The position numbers and the translations under genes are program-made. Source: Camelus ferus (Eukaryota). Taken from it: a stretch of 64,000 bases of DNA. Positions 1-15,089 of the stretch are shown in pieces (the first letter of the stretch is position 1; each line of letters starts with the position of its first letter). The stretch lies in the NCBI RefSeq assembly GCF_009834535.1, contig NC_045697.1:110920001-110984000 (forward strand), written 5' to 3'. The notes below the pieces were generated by a model. That model was not told the origin of the DNA. It saw nothing but the letters and a program-made list of their open reading frames with translations, and ran no database searches.

Positions 1-600
1 ATGTTCAAAATATTCTTTATTCTCATTTTGGTGTCTAAAGTATCTATGGTTATAATAATCTTTTTATTCTGAATATTAGATAATTGTGCTTTCTCTCTTT
101 TTTTTTCTTTCTTGATCTCTTTTCATCCATTTCTCTATTTTTCTAAGTTGTTTCAAAGTACCAACTTTGTTCATATTTTATGCTATGTTTCATGCTTTTA
201 ACTTCATCTTTCACTTTTTACTTCCTCCTTTATGTACTTTTCTATTTATTTTATTGCTCTTTTTCTAGCCTTTTTACGAGGATGTTTACCTCACTGGTTT
301 TAGTATTTCTTATTTCCTAATGTGAGCAGTTAAGTTTATGAATTTCCTTCTAAGTACTGCTTTAGGTGTATCTTACAGGCTTGATATTCTCAGTATTTTT
401 GTTATAACTGAAAATAATTTATTTTCATTATAAATTCTTGACTGAATTGGATATTTGATGTATATTTTAAAATTTTAAAATGTGAGGTTTTTCTAGTTAT
501 CTTTCTGAAACTGATTTTTAATTTAATTTCATTGTCTGAAATCATAATTTGTATTATTTCAACCCTTTGAATCTATTTAACATTTCTTTTAAAATTACAT
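1..600 (-). mobile_element. Old, decayed L1 ORF2-region fragment (L1M-type), same orientation as TLL1
   Basis: T-rich plus strand with antisense-L1-like phrases (aatttccttctaagtactgcttt, ttttctagttatctttctg, ctgatttttaatttaatttcatt). Boundaries approximate. Confidence 0.55.
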
Positions 601-658
601 CTTTCAAAAAATTCCTGGAGTTGAAGTAATTTCCATTATAAATGTGCTGAGTTATTTA

Positions 659-961
<303 letters not shown>

Positions 962-2924
962 TTATGAAAGACATTGGCATCATAAATAAAATCTTGAGTT
1001 TTACTAGACAGAAAAGGTGTTAGTCAGGATATATATTTGTATTTTATAAAAGATCTTCCCTTTCTAAATAATTTCTTTCTATGTCTTTCTTACCAGAATT
1101 TCAGTATACTTAATGGGATCACTAGAGCTAACTATAAAACAAGATTATGAATAAATAACCTGGCATTCATAATGTTCTTCCTTTTGGAAATCTTTGTCAT
1201 TCATTCCCAAGAAACCAGTAGCCTACTTATAAATCACCCATAATCAGATTCAGGCCAGTGGATGCCTAGTTGATGTGTCTCTGAGGCCACATGAAATATT
1301 CCATTAACATATTTGATGTAGAATGAGGCTAATTTTAATAATGAATACCATATCAAAGTTGAAAAAAAGAAAATCTTAAATAATAACTAATAGCCACTTT
1401 TATTGGTGTCAAAATGTCATACACAATGAAAATTTTTCTCAAGATAAAGTGGAAAAAAATTGAGAGAGAAAAACATCATGGGAGACTTCAAGTTTCTAAC
1501 AAGATACAGACATTTATTTACTCTGTTTTTTGTTGATCACGAAGAGAAATTGCTGGGAAAGCAATTATATTTTTTCCTCTTACTAAGCCTGTCTGATTTC
1601 TTGAAAATAATTACCAGTCACGTGAAATAGCAAATAATCAGCTGCACAGCCTCAAGATCCGTGGGACCAATATCTCAAGGGCCATTTCAACAAAGTCAAA
1701 AGCAGAGGGTAATTAGCTCATTGGTTCAGCCAAGGTTTGTAGTCAGACACATTCTACAATGGATTTTCTTGCTGCTTTTGCAAGACATGGTAAGAGCCAC
1801 ATAAACCTAGGCTGTTTTAGTATCCTTAATTTGAGAATAATTCCTCTGCTGCAGCCAGCCATCTTTATAACCTTCATCAATAATTTGAATAAAAGAAACA
1901 GCTCCTTCCCTCTGAAGGAGACTGAAATAAAAACTCACATATACCATATTATACAGTCATAGCTGACAGCAGGTGAGCTCTTGTCTCATCAAATCAATAA
2001 GGTATAAATGGTTCCACGTATCTTGAGTTAAATGAAGAAGCAAAGATACAAAGATGATGACTTTGAAAACACAAAGGAGAGCTGTAAAAATAGTCTGATA
2101 AGATAAAAATATTTACATAGAATAACAGATACGATGTTTTCACAACAAATAAACTTAAAGTAATGTTTATTCTGATGAAAAGGCAAATAAAAGCAACTTG
2201 AAAATGAAACAAAAATGCTCAAGGTGAAAAACATATTATCAGCACGTTCCATGAATCATCTAAAGGAACTTGATAAATGCGACCTTACAAGAGCCCTCAG
2301 AAAAAGGGAAGTTTGTCAAGGTTTGTTAATGCAAACAATGTGCTTCTAACTAGGATCAGTTTAGATGATAGTCATTTAGGAGTTGAGTGTGTTTCAATGA
2401 AAAAAGCTGTAATTCACAGCACCTTAAAAGTAAATTCTGTAGTGACTGAAAACTCCACTAAGTCACAGAATTCTGGTACTGGATTTCCGAAAGTGGAATT
2501 AAAATAATCAAATATATTTAATCCACAAATGCAAACAACAATATCATTCTGATAAAAAGATAAAACAAAAGACTCTCTAAAATGAAGGAAAAAACCAGAA
2601 AATAATTCAAAAATTAAATAAATCTATTATAGAGCACCTACTTACAATGCAAGAAGTGCAAACACCTATTGTCAAGTTGTGGTAATCATTTGTGCGTTTT
2701 CCTCAATAAGTGTGGCTGTCCCAGGCTACCTGATCCCTATTACAGAAGATTTTCATCAATTTTCAGGGCCACTTGTTGATTTATGCCCAGATATAAAAAA
2801 GAAAACTTTATTATTAAACTTTACTATTAAAAGAATCAAAGGAAGATTAGCAAGGAAAAGATGGTACTAAGGTAAAAGCACAGTCTGTCTGTTTACTCAG
2901 AAAGTTATGTGGATGGGAAAATAG

Positions 2925-3090
2925 AAATTTGAGTCATGGCATTACCCCCTCGTTAATTATGTCATACAAGCAAGTCTCAAAAGCTTCAACTTCAATTTTC
3001 TCTTCTGTAAAGTGGCTGTCTTATTAATATGCATGTCATAAGGTTGCTTTGTAGGGGTCAAGTACTGCGATGCCCTTAGTCACGTTTTTA
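2925..3090 (+). mobile_element. MIR SINE fragment
   Basis: MIR core-like caagtctc...cttcaattttctcttctgtaaagtgg...tcataaggttgc. Confidence 0.5.
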
Positions 3091-3240
3091 ACCCTTAAAT
3101 ACCTCTTTTCACAGGTAGAAAGGCTGTGGTCTTAATTGTTGGAATGTGTCTCTGAGCTACAAAACTCAGTCATATTTAAGAGAAAGAAGGCATTCTGTAT
3201 ACAAAGGCAAATTATTATCATCACTCTCCTAAACTTCTAT

Positions 3241-5226
3241 TTCTCCAAGCAGATTACATAATCTTATATATACAAAATCATAAAAATTTCAAACACTAAA
3301 AGATAGTTTTAGAAGTAATAAAAAACTCAATATAATTTTACAATACAAAGCCAACACACAAAAATCAGTTGCATATCTATAAACAACAAACAACATGAAA
3401 AGGAAATTAAGAAAACAACTTCACTTATAAGAAAAAAGAATAAAATATTTAGGAATAAACTTAACTAATGAGGCAGAAGACATGTATACTGAAAACTACA
3501 AAACATTGCTGAAAGAATTTAAAGACAGACGTAAAGCAATGTGTTCATGGATTGGAAAACAGTATTGTTAAAATGTTATCTATACTACTCAAAGCAATCT
3601 ACAGATTCAATCCCTATCAAATTCCAAGTGGCATTTTTTGCAGAAGTAGGGGGAAAAAAGTCTTAGAACTCAGACAGAACCACAAACCCTAAATAGCCAA
3701 AACAATCTTGAGAAAAAAGAACAAAACTGGAAGCCTCAGACTTCTTGACTTCATATTACAAATCTACAATAAGCAAGAGTATGGTACTGGCATAAGGTAG
3801 ACCTATAGACCAATGGGACAGAATAAAGACCCCAAAATACACCCACACCTAAATGGTAAAATGGGATCTTCAACAAGGAGGCCAAGACGACACAGTGGGG
3901 AAAGGATAGTCTCTTCAACAAGCGGTGTTGGGGAAACTAGATATATACTTACAAAAGAACAAAATTAGACTCGTCTTTCACTGTACACAAAAACCAACTC
4001 AAAATGGATTAAAGGCTTAAAAGTAAAACCCCTAGAAGAAAAAACACAGGTGAAAAGCTTCATAACTAGTCTTGGCAATGAGTTCTTGGATGTGACACCA
4101 AAAGCACAGGCAATAAAAGCAAAAACAGACAAGTGGGACTACGACTTCTAAAGCTTCTGTGCAGCAAAGAGAACCATCAAAAGAGGGAAACGTAATCTTC
4201 AGAATAGAAGGAAACATTTGCAAATCATACATCTAATGAGGGGTTAGTATCCAAAATACATAAGAAACTCCTACAACTCAATAGGAAACAAAAACCAAAA
4301 AACAAAGCAAAACCCCCAAATAACCAAATTTTAAAATGGGCAAAGGACTTGAATAGACATTTCTTCAAAGAAGATATACAAATTCCCAGTAGATATGTGA
4401 AAAAATGCTCAGCATCACTAATTATCAGGGAAATGCAAATCAAAACCACAATGAGATATCACCTCATAACTGTTAGGATGGCCATTATCAAACAAACAAA
4501 CAAACAAACAACCCCCAAAGCAGGAAATAACAAGTGATGGTGAAGATACGGAGAAATTGGAACCATTTGGCAGTGGTGGTAGGAATGTAAAATGGTGCAT
4601 TCACTGTGGACAACAGTGTGGAGTTTCCTCATAAATTATAAATATTGACTACCAAATAATCCAGCAACTCCACTTCTGAGTATTGTTCCAAAAGAATTGA
4701 AAACAGAATCTTAAAGAAACAATGTACACTTATATTCACTGAAGCATTATTCAGAGTAGCCAAGAGACAGAAACAACCTAAGTGTCCATTATTGGATGAA
4801 TGAATAAAGAAAATGTGGTACATACATAGAATGGAATATCACTCAGCCTTAAAACAGAAAGAAATCTATCATGTGCTACAACACGAATGAACCTGGAGGA
4901 CACTATTCTAAGTGAAATTAGCCAGTCACACACAGAAGGTCAAATACAACATGACTGCACTTATATAAGGTTTCTAAAGGAGTCAAACTTATAGAAGAAA
5001 GTAAAGTGGTGGCTGCCAGGGACTGGGCGGAGGGGAGTGGGGAGCCGCTGTCCAACAGGGACGGAGTTTCAGTTTTAGTCACACAAGATGAAAAAGTTCT
5101 TAAAGATCTTCTGTATAACAATGTAGATATAGTTAACAGTACTGTACTGTGCGATTACAATTTTATTCATAGGAGAGATCATGTTACGTGTTTCATCAAA
5201 GTTTAAAAATAATTGATAATAAAAAA
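3241..5226 (+). mobile_element. 5'-truncated L1 (L1MA/MB-type): ORF2 from the RT region to the 3'UTR
   Basis: Begins at a degenerate FADDMILY-coding segment; ORF2 remnant [11 protein letters not shown]...[13 protein letters not shown]; 3'UTR and A-rich end. Candidate TSD taaacttcta at 3230-3239 and 5229-5238. Confidence 0.92.
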
Positions 5227-6079
5227 GTTAAACTTCTAAATACTTCATCATATGACTCATCTCACTTTTGCAACAGATAATTCTCATGTATCTTTCTTCT
5301 TACTAGACAGAAAATTATGTTTGAGTTGTATAAATGCTACTTGGATTGTGTATGGCTGAGCAATTATTACAAATTCCTGTGTTTTTTAATAATATGGTTA
5401 AATTTACAGCTGATTGTATTTCCACCTACAAATATTTTCCCCAGCAAATGTCTACAACATTCAGCAAATATCAAAGGTTTAGAATTCTTTACCCATATTC
5501 TATAAAAATATATTTATAATTTTGCTAACTCTAAAGAAAACATAAACCATAAAGCAACATAAATCTCTTCCCAAAGAATCTTGATAAACTCTAAAGGCGG
5601 GGTAAAATAAAACTATATTTCATCAACTTAGGCACGACTTAATTAACTTTTTCTTATTTCCATGGATCTCTTAAACTTTTATACGTAATAAATAAAATAC
5701 AGGGTTAAAGTGATTTTAAGGTAAAGGATGTTAAAAGGAATCCTAAATCATCTGAGCCATAAAGGTGAGATTAATTACTGAAACATTTAAAAATATATTT
5801 CGATAGTAACTGCCTAGCCAAGTCTGAATCATCCTTCCAGATGAAACACAATTACCAACTCCAAGGAGCCTTCCTCAGCCAGGGTGCAGGTCAAGTTAGG
5901 TCCCCTCTCAGAACTGCTTCAGTATCCTTTACTGAAGAGATTCACTTTCTCAACATGTCACATTGTCTGTATAACCCCGCAGGTGATTGCTATCTGTGTG
6001 TATAATCTGTGCTTCCTTCTCTGTGGCCACAATTTCTGGTGCAGGGCCTTTCACATATTAAAGCAACTATTTCATTCAG

Positions 6080-6970
6080 ACAGCAACTACCTATCAAGCA
6101 TCTGATTTATATCCAATTCAGAAAACCATGAGGAAAAAGCCCAACTCCAGTTCTAAAGAACCTTATACTCTAACGTGGGAAATAATCAATGACTTGATGA
6201 TTATAGGAGTCAGACATAAAGGCCAGAATCAAACACGGCATTTACCACCATGGAGTCCTGGGGACCGGGGAGTTTTTAAGTCGGAGGTTACATAAGAGCC
6301 GGATCCTGAATAGGAGTTAGGATTTAGCCAGGAGTCAGTCATGAGTGCTCTGGCTGGAGGAAGAGGCAGAAAGCAAGCATACAGTGGGGTCAGGGGCTGC
6401 ATGAAGCAGGGGTGAGAAACTGGCTGTCGGGGAAATACCCAGAGAAGAGGCTGAAGGAAGAGATGGGGGGAGAGGGGAGTGGGGAATCTTGAAGGAGCCG
6501 TTGAAAAGGAAATTAACATTTATCCTAAAATAAGCAGAGTAAGACTTCCATATTAAAAACTCACTTGAATAGCAATGTGGCCAGAGAATTAAAGAGACAG
6601 TCAGACTGGAGAGAAAGGCTAATGAGGAGGCATTGGAGCAACCTACATCAAAGACCAGGGACCCCGGATGAGGGATTCATTTCCACAACGTGAGATACCG
6701 AGACCAAGAAGGTACCAGGCTGACTGGTTGCAGTAAGTGAGGCAGAGAGAGAATGGAGATCGCCCTCCACAGTCCTGCCTGGGTTCCTGGATGACCTGTG
6801 TGTGGTACCAGCAACTGAACTACGTGATGTTTTATGGGAGATGAATAAATAGGTCCATGAATAAATGGAGAAAATGGCTAAATTTTTTTTGTGCATGTTG
6901 GCAATATATTTTAGCCAAGAAGTGTATGCAAGTACATATAACAAGAATATTCTAGTTGGAGTCTCAGAGA
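6080..6970 (-). mobile_element. Decayed L2 fragments
   Basis: Purine-rich antisense-L2-like text (agagacagtcagactggag...aggaggcattggagcaacc; gatgacctg...ggtaccagcaactgaa). Boundaries rough. Confidence 0.45.
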
Positions 6971-9175
6971 ATTATAGCAGGAACTGAGATAAATATTTTA
7001 GGTAACTAAAAAGAACCTTATATGAATGAAAAAGTAAATTTAATGAAACAAGTGTTAAAAAGTTTCTAGTATCCAAACTCCATGCACACTGAAGCTGGCC
7101 TTCCATCCCTACACGCTCCAGACAGACGTGCATCTGTGTATATGGGTGTTCTGTATAGGTACTGTGTGTTTCATGACACCTTTGAATTTGTGAACGGAGA
7201 TCGTATGTGTGTTCATCTACAAACACATAAGCACTTTCATATAACAGGGAAAATTCTAATCCTCAGAAGTCCCTTTATTTTTGATGCCAATTTACTTTAC
7301 ATTTTCCCTAGTTTTAATATGTTACTTGACATTTAATTAAGAAGATTTACTGAGTGAATATTTTGGTTGAAAGTTGGTATAAGTGTTAAGTAGTTATAAG
7401 CCAAAAAGTCATGGGACCACAGAAAAACTATATTAATAGAAAATGCAAATAAAGACCAGAGACTTTATCAGAAGAGTTAAATTTAAGTGGTTTAGAAGTA
7501 AAAAAGGAAAGCTATCCTAAAATTAGATCAAAGTAGAGGCAAATACATTCAGAAAATCAGGAAAAAAAAAAAAAAGGCCCCCAAAAAGAGAGAGAGCAAG
7601 AGAACACATGAATCATTCATGGAGAGGGGAAGACGCACCACCGCTCACAGTACCCTGGAGAGGATCTCTTTCAACAGCAGAGTCTTGACTACTGGGATAA
7701 AGGAAAGATGAAGACCGTTCTCTGCCCCACGTGGAGGTTTCATGTCGTGACAGCATGTAGGACGCAAGGAATTGTAATGTAGGGCAAGTGGCATTAACAG
7801 GTGTCCATTCAGATGCCTTTAATGCTAGAAAGGCATGGAAGCCTTTGGAAGGACATGGGATTGGCCTTTGGACAGCAGTGTCCCGACACCTAGTCAGTCT
7901 CAGGGTTGAGCAGCCTTTCTTCCTTCCCTTTCCTGATCCTTTCTGGGTGTGTGTGGTCTGGAAATGGATGACTGGGTCTTATATCATTAGAGTGTCAGGG
8001 CTGTGAAGGATTCTATCTTTTCTTCACATCGCAATGCATACAGAGACCTCCCTCATTTGCTTCTAAAAGTAAGAGCAAGAAATGGCAAGGCAAACAATTC
8101 TAAACTGAAAGAAACTTATCCTCATTCCACGAGCTTAAAAACATACCTTTATTTCTGTTTGGGGCTTTTTCATGATGCATGTACACTGACTGCACAGTAA
8201 GTAACTGAGTTCTCACATACAAATCCAATCTATATATTTGGCACATATAAGTAGATAAATATAATAATGGGTTACAAGTTCTTTATCACCTACAAAGTCC
8301 CACAAAATAATAGTTTATATTGTTTTAAGGGAATTGAAAATACACAAATTGTTATTGGTGTTCACCTTCCAGTTGATAAGCACACATTTCCTATTATCAC
8401 CAAAAGAGAAGTGACAGTATTTGCAGTCTGCCTCCTATTTGTTACCTGCCTATCAGAAACTTGCCCTTTGGGACTCAGGGTCCCACCTGACAAGTCACAT
8501 CCTTGTACATCTTAGTGTGAACCCAGTCAGTACTCCTTTCAAGATTACGTTCTAAGGAATAGCTTTATAAAAGACAGATTAGATCTTAACAGAGCTTTGA
8601 GCATAAACCAATAAGGAGTAAAATATTGGAGTAAAAAGTAGCCAAACACCTCTGACTGGCTGTATTCACCAGCAATTTCTAACGAAAGGAAATAAGCCAA
8701 ACTCAAAAGGAATATTCAGTTGTACAACCCTGTCCTCTCTGCATTAAAACCAAGATACCCCAGATCTTAGTTCAGAAACTCTTACTCTCTTTCTAGGTAA
8801 TCCATCAATGATTGGACCAACGATCAATGAATTAGATGTCATAACCCATACTGAATTGTCAACTTCCTAGCTATTTTCTGAGTTTATTCGACCAACTCAC
8901 TTTTTTTCTGCTTGCACTTGAGTGTTAATTTGCTCAGCAAAAGGGTTTTATACTGTATGTCAACGAGCAAATATTACATTTTTGTTAATGAATTAGTTAG
9001 CCCCCTACTGTACGCTACAAAGATAGTTTCCTGGACTGATACCAATAATCACAGTAAACTTAATATAACTTCCCAATAATTAAATGCATGGAACTAAATC
9101 TTAAACATAAGAATCTATGTAAAACGTCAATGATTAATATACCCATCATATCTCTGAATTAGAATAGCAGCCAAT

Positions 9176-9295
9176 AACCTGGAGATCGTCATTCTAAGTG
9201 AAGCAAGCCAGAAAGAGAAAGAAAAATGCTGTATGATATCGCTTATATGTGGAAACCAAAAAAAGAAAAAGGACACAAATGAACTACTTATTATT
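9176..9295 (+). mobile_element. Short L1 fragment from the ORF2 end / 3'UTR start
   Basis: cctggagatcgtcattctaagtgaagcaagccagaaagagaaagaaaaa is nearly identical to 42081-42129 of the young L1 in this window. Confidence 0.85.
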
Positions 9296-10150
9296 TATAA
9301 TTTAGATGATTGATTTCTTGAATATGTGTAAGCACATTTGACTGTCCTTTATGACTGGATTACCGCATTCTGTTGATTCTTATTTTGTGGTTGGCTTTAC
9401 TCCTTTGATAACTATGTAAGTTTAAAAAGCTACAGCTCTAAACTGTTCTTAGAAACAGTATATGTAACCTTTAAAATGGTTTTAATCTCCTCAATGAGTT
9501 GCTCTTCCTAGAATAAACTTTGTTTACCCTCCACACACATGCACACAATAAAGAATGGCAGCCAATTAAAATTTTATAATTATTTTACCACTTGTGATCT
9601 TAGTACCTGGAACAACATTTCCGAAAGTGAATTCTACAGATTAAGTATCAGGTAAAAAGAGGTTTCCATGGACAGAAAAACGGAGGAAAAGCTGTGTTAA
9701 GCAAAGTTAAGCGTGTATCTTTGATACAAGCTATTTCAAAGCATTTTGAGTACACAGCAGGTGCATAGAATATGCAGTATTTCTAATTTGGAAGCAGACA
9801 CTTTTCTTTCTTGGACCAGTACAGCATTAGTGTTCCTTGGAACACTGTATTAAGACCTTCTTTTAATCTTTTTTCACAACTTTATCTAGTAGCAAACATA
9901 CTAGCACTGTGGTTAGAACTAATTTTTTTGCAACAAAGTTATAAATTCCACCTAATAAAATTTAAATTTATATACTGTTAACGACGGTACTTGCAAGAAA
10001 AGAAATCATTCAGGACTCAATTCTGAAGTTGAAATAAAGTTCCAGAGTTCTCTCTTATTTCATTTTATGATTAGTCACTTTGAACTGAATATGTCAGTCC
10101 CTTGCCAGAATGGAGAGAGACAAGTACACAGCTGAGTAAACTGTGGCTTA

Positions 10151-10366
<216 letters not shown>

Positions 10367-11439
10367 TCACCACATTGACATGTATATTCCTTACAAATAG
10401 GTTATTGTTTTCAAACTGGAGTCAATCAAAGGAGAAACATATCAGAGTTGAGATTTAAACAGTATATCAGACTTTCAAAACACTTTCATCAAAGTAGAAA
10501 AAAACTGCAATGTTTAATGTGTATAAAGTCAGTGACAGCATTCACTTCTTCCTTAGAAATGTGTATTATATGTTTTTTAAAAATCTAAAATTCTGTATAA
10601 TCCCCCATCAAGTACACTATGTTTTTTGTTTTGGTCTCTGAGGATCGAAAAAGAGTTACATTACCAATTTGTAAAACAATTCTTCCTCATAGAGATCTAT
10701 TTTCTTAAAAACAGCTTATAATAAATATTTTTAGATTACTAAAATTGTAAAAGTCAAACAAAATATGTCTATTGATATTTTTTAATTAAACTGCTAATTT
10801 AACCTAAGTAGTTTTAGAAGTCCACTAATTACAGTACTTCTTAAAAGAACAGGGAAAAACAAAGTGTCAAATTTCAGAATAGTTTAAAGCAAAATAATTT
10901 TGTGACACATATACACACTCAAACACACACATATACATACAATGTAAAAACTTCATGGTAAAATTGATAAGCAAAAAAACAAAGCAAACCAAAACAACAC
11001 AAAAAAGGCAAAACAACTGAGTGATGCCCTGACAATGCTAAGCTACAGACACTGGGTTGTTCTGCATCCAAGGTTGTGATAGAAACTTGCCCTTTTTCTT
11101 GATATGCATGACTGAAAATTCTGAACCTAGTTTACTAAAGATACAGTCTAATTTTGCAAAAATATCAACATTTATAGCTCTAAGGAAAGTACTGAGCTTA
11201 AAAGTTAAAAGTACTGGGAAGACTATTCCAGATGGTGAGGATGGAGTGTGTATATGAGGATTTTCCCCAAAAGAGATACTTTTTATAAAAGTATGTTAAA
11301 TTAAGAGACAACAATTATTAAAAAGTCTTTTAAATTGGGATGAACGACGTGACAGGTTCTTTCCAAAATTTATACATGAACAAACTGTACTTAAACTGCA
11401 GATTAAAAGAACAACATTTTAGTTCTCCTTATTTCTTCC

Positions 11440-11960
11440 CTGAAGAAATACTTACTGAGTGTCGTTATAGGCCTGGATTTATAGCAATAAATAAAAGAAA
11501 CAAAAATTACTCCCCTTCTGATTTTCACATTCTAACGGAGGGAGAAAGTTATTAAACGAAAGGCTGATAACTGAGAGAGTGACAGGTACTATAATAAGAA
11601 AGAGAAGATGGATATTGATTATCCACTGATGGGACAGCTTTTAAATAGAGTGATGAAGGGAAAACTCCCTTGGAAGCAAACATTCAGCCAAACATGAAGG
11701 AAGTGAAGGTGAGGGAACTGTGGGTAACTGCGAGTTGAGCGTCACAGAGAGAAAGAACGTTAAGAAATACGACACCCCTGAGATGGGAGGACCTGTAAAG
11801 GGTCTGAGTGCCAGAGAGAGTTCAACTTTCCCAAGGAAAACTCTTAACATGTGGACGATGGTAAACAGAGGTGTGACATGATCTATGAGTAACTTATGTC
11901 TAACCGCCCTAGCTTCTAGGTAAGTGCAGTGATCTTTATACAAAATCCAATAATTCAGAT
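11440..11960 (-). mobile_element. L2 3' fragment
   Basis: aaatacttactgagtg...ttttcacattctaacggaggga...aaacattcagccaaacatgaaggaagtgaagg, typical of an antisense L2 3' end. Confidence 0.6.
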
Positions 11961-12883
11961 AGAGATTGGAACTCTTTAAAACCAAATCTAAGTCTCTAGA
12001 AAAGTCCATATGTATACTATCTGAGATGAAGGGAGGGAGGCGGAACTAAAGATTTATGGGAATTGACCATCAAAAGTGAGAGTTTGCACATGCTTAATAA
12101 GATGCCACTCCAGCCAGGCCAACGCAACTGAAGGGCAAGGTGAGCTACAGGGGAGCATTGAGAAAAGCCATTCTTCACCTTTGCTGCACAAATCAACAGA
12201 TACATTAAGCAGGGAAGTTCAAATTAATGGAGCGTTACAATTTCTACAGTACTTCAGTGCCAATGAAGTATTCATCATTTTCTATTTCTACTTCTAAAAA
12301 AATATTGTAATCTGTGAAAAGTTTTGGTTTTTGCCTGGTTTTCAAAAAAGATTCCATTTAAAAAGGTCAAGGACATCTTGGGGTAGATATATTCAAACTC
12401 AGACAATAGAATGATGAATTTTGGTTCATTCAATCTACTGAGATAAGCTGCCTTCTATTTGTATGGGGGTCAATCACCCAATCTTTTGATCTTTCTGTAT
12501 TGTCAAAAAATTAACCAGTCTCTCCCTCCACATCCAGGCCATTAAGCAATGTCGGCTCTTCCTGAACATTCTCTCAGACAGACCACAGATGGGGTCACTT
12601 ACTAACCTTCATTTGTTTTACCAACAGTAGAAGAGTGAATTAACTATGCTTTTTATGAAACTTCATAAAATTTTAGAACTCTTTTATTAATTAGAAATGG
12701 GCAGTTCCAGTTTGCAAGCATCTATGTTACAAATTACCCATGCATATAAAGGCCCCTGTATCCAGGCCTGGTCTTCTCACAGTAAGTGGGTAAATCTGCT
12801 TGTGGTCAACACTGATGAAAACAGCTAAAACTTTTATATACTATTTTGGTTCGGAATAGAAGAAACTATAAAACTTTAAATAC

Positions 12884-15089
12884 GTACATAAACAGAATGA
12901 AGGACAAAAGCCACATGTTCATCTAATTGATGCAGAAAAAGCATTTGACAAAATTCAGCATCCTTTCATGATAAAAACACTCAACAAACTAGCAATAGAT
13001 GGAAACTACCTCATCATAAAAGGTCATGCGTGAAAAGCCTTCAGCTAACATCTTACTCAATGGTGAAAAAGTGAAAGCTTTCCATCTAAGATTAGGGTAT
13101 TTGCACTCACTATTTCTATTCAGTACAGTATTGAAAGTCCTAGTCAGCACAATTAGGCAAGAAAAAGAACCAAAAGGCATCCAAATTGAAAAGAAAGGAA
13201 AGTCATTTCTGCAGACGACATGTTCTTATACATAGAAAACCTAGTCCACTAAAAAACTGTCAGAACTAATAAAGGAATCCAGCAAAACTGCAAGATACAA
13301 AATTAGCACTCAAAAACCAGTCGCATTTCTATACAGTTAACAGTGAACCATCTGGAAAGAAAAGTAAGAAAACAATTCCATTTAAAATAGAATCAGAAAG
13401 AATAAAATATTTGGGAATAAACCTAACCAAGGAGGCCAAAGACTTGTTACTGAAAATTACAAAACATCCCTGAAAGAAATTTAAAAAGACACAAATGAGT
13501 GGAAAAACATTCTATATTTATGGATTGGTTGACTTAATTTGCTAAGATATCCACACAAAATGAGCAACATAATCCTTACCAAAACCCCAACAGCATCTAT
13601 TGTGAAAATAGGAAAACAAATAGTTCTAAAATTCATATTAATTTCATAGGACCTTGAATAGCCAAAAGTTTTTTGAAGAAAAAAAAAAACAAAGTTGGAC
13701 TTACACTCCCTGATTTCAAAACATACCACAAAGCTAAAGTAACTAATACAGTGTGGTATTGGCATAAAGACAGACCTATAGGCCAATGGACTAGAGTAGG
13801 AATCTCCCAAATAAATCCTAGTGTATATAGCAAGGGACCTTTAACAAAATTGTCAAGACTATTGAATGGGGAAAAGACAATCTTCCAACAAATGATGCTG
13901 GGAAAACTGGACATCCATGTACAAAAGAATAAAATTAGACCTTTAGCAAAGCAATACACAAAAAATAACTCAAAATAGATTAAAGACCTAAACATAAGAT
14001 TCCAAATCATAAAACTCTTAAAAGAGAACAAAGGGGAAAGCTTCATGACATTGACTATGTCAATGACTTTTTGGATATGACACCAAAAGCAGACGTAACA
14101 AAAGCAAAAATAGGTAAGGGGGACCACATCAAACTAAAAATCTTGTGCTGAGCAAAGGAAACAGTCAACAGAGTGGAAAGGAGAGAAAATGTTTGCAAAA
14201 TACATATCTGATGAAAGGCCAGAACATATAAAGAAATCCTACAACTCAACAGCAGAAACATGGAATAATCTAATTAAAAATGGGCAGATTTGAACAGGCA
14301 TTTCTTTAAAGATGATATACAAATGGCCAAACATATACAAAGATCACTAATCATCAGAAAAAAACAAATCAAAACCAAAATGAGACAAGATGTCACACAC
14401 ACTAGGGCGGCTACTCTCAAAAAAATAAAACAAACAAACCAGAAAATAAGTCATGTTTGTGAGGATATGGAGAAGCTGAAACCCTTCTGCACTGCTGATG
14501 GGACTACAAAACAGTCCGGCTCCTAAGAAAAAATTATGGAGGCTCTTCAAAAAATTAAAACTTGAACTACCATATAATCTGGCAATCCCACTTCTGTGTT
14601 TATATTTTTTAAAAAATGAAAAAGAGCCTGGAAGAGATATTTGCATGACAGCACTATTCACGGTAGCCAAGAAGTGAGAGCAACTCAAATGTCTATCAGC
14701 AAATGAATGAGTAACAATGTGGTATATATATCCAATGGAATATTAATCAGCCTTAGAAAGGAAGGAAATTCTGTTACCTGCTATAACATAGATGAGCCTT
14801 AAGGACATTATGCTGGGCCAAATAAGCCAGTCACAAAAAGATAAATACTGTATCCAAAGTAGCCAAATTCACAGAAACAGAAAGTGGAACGGCGGTTACC
14901 AGCGGCTGGCGGAGGGGAAAGTGAGTGCTGCTGTGTAATGGGGACAGGGTTTCAGTTTTGCAAGATGAAAATGTTCTGGAGATGTTTCACAACAACACAA
15001 ATGTACGTAAGACTACTAAAATCTACTTAAAAATAGTTAATACGGCAAATGTGATATTGCGGTTTCTTTACCACAATAAAAAAAAAAAA
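12884..15089 (+). mobile_element. 5'-truncated L1 (L1MB-type) with poly(A) tail and TSD
   Basis: ORF2 remnants ([19 protein letters not shown]; KPSANILLNGEK; GLTLPDFKTYHKA...WYWHKDR); ends accacaataaa-poly(A). TSD aaaactttaaatac (12870-12883) / aaaacttcaaatac (15090-15103), 1 mismatch. Confidence 0.94.

Noticed and set aside
13481..14688. 100-164 aa minus-strand ORFs as novel genes (similarly 4032-4823, 44469-45562, 63531-63836)
   Set aside because: These are antisense reading frames of L1 ORF1/ORF2, Phe/Leu/Ser-rich because the L1 sense strand is A-rich.
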